In this document: piece after piece, positions 50,357-50,685 of the stretch
How the letters are laid out: the number at the start of each line of letters is the position of its first letter
Numbering within the stretch: the first letter of the stretch is position 1
From: Octopus bimaculoides
Lineage: Eukaryota
Length of the DNA: 50,685 bases
Direction of reading: 5' to 3'
Assembly (NCBI RefSeq): GCF_001194135.2
Contig: NC_069002.1
Span: 4,540,733-4,591,417 of the forward strand
Notes under the pieces: model-generated
What the model saw: only the letters and a program-made list of their open reading frames with translations
Databases searched by the model: none
Told to the model about the DNA's origin: nothing
Made by a program: the position numbers and the translations under genes

Positions 50357-50439
50357 CCAACACTTTACACGGTGGTGCATCAGCATGGCCGCAGCTCTAA
50401 GCTGAAACTATTAAAATAAAAAAAATTTAAATTAAAAAA
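50237..50439 (+). mobile_element. candidate 5S-derived SINE (SINE3-like) with a family-B-type tail
   Basis: The 5S copy is followed by ggtgcatcagcatggccgcagctctaagctgaaacta and an A-rich end, homologous to the family B tail. Confidence 0.65.
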
Positions 50440-50466
50440 ATATATATGTATATGTAAATATATATG

Positions 50467-50512
<46 letters not shown>

Positions 50513-50685
50513 AATATATATGTATATATAAATATATATGTATATATTGATTTATGGCAAAAATGAATCTTATATCAATAATTACCATACAAAACTATAT
50601 TAATACACCCAAAAAGTGGCAGCCAAGCAGAAAAGATAATGTATTTGCATACGATCAAGTCTATTATCCTGGGTTCGCTGCTGAT

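Overview
Eukaryotic, AT-rich, microsatellite-saturated draft-assembly window with many N gaps. Repeat content and 5S sequence are typical of an octopod (Octopus-like) genome; this taxon call is inference. No complete gene is visible, and almost all ORF-track entries are translations of microsatellites or gaps. Supportable content: (i) about 35 copies or fragments of at least four short interspersed families, labelled A, B, C and E here; (ii) 5'-truncated RTE-type LINE 3' ends with C2H2 fingers and a shared 3' stem-loop; (iii) decayed DD37D (maT), Tc1 and mariner transposase remnants and a hAT-like MITE; (iv) decayed hammerhead-like motifs of the Penelope type; (v) a hierarchical pentamer satellite; (vi) a few weak candidate exons on both strands. 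The most unusual locus is 50012-50439. There, a tRNA-SINE head is fused to a full-length, structurally compensated 5S rRNA copy that lacks a terminator and carries the same 3' tail stem-loop as SINE family B (a candidate 5S-derived or tRNA-5S chimeric SINE). A perfect 96-bp inverted duplication of the junction lies immediately upstream.
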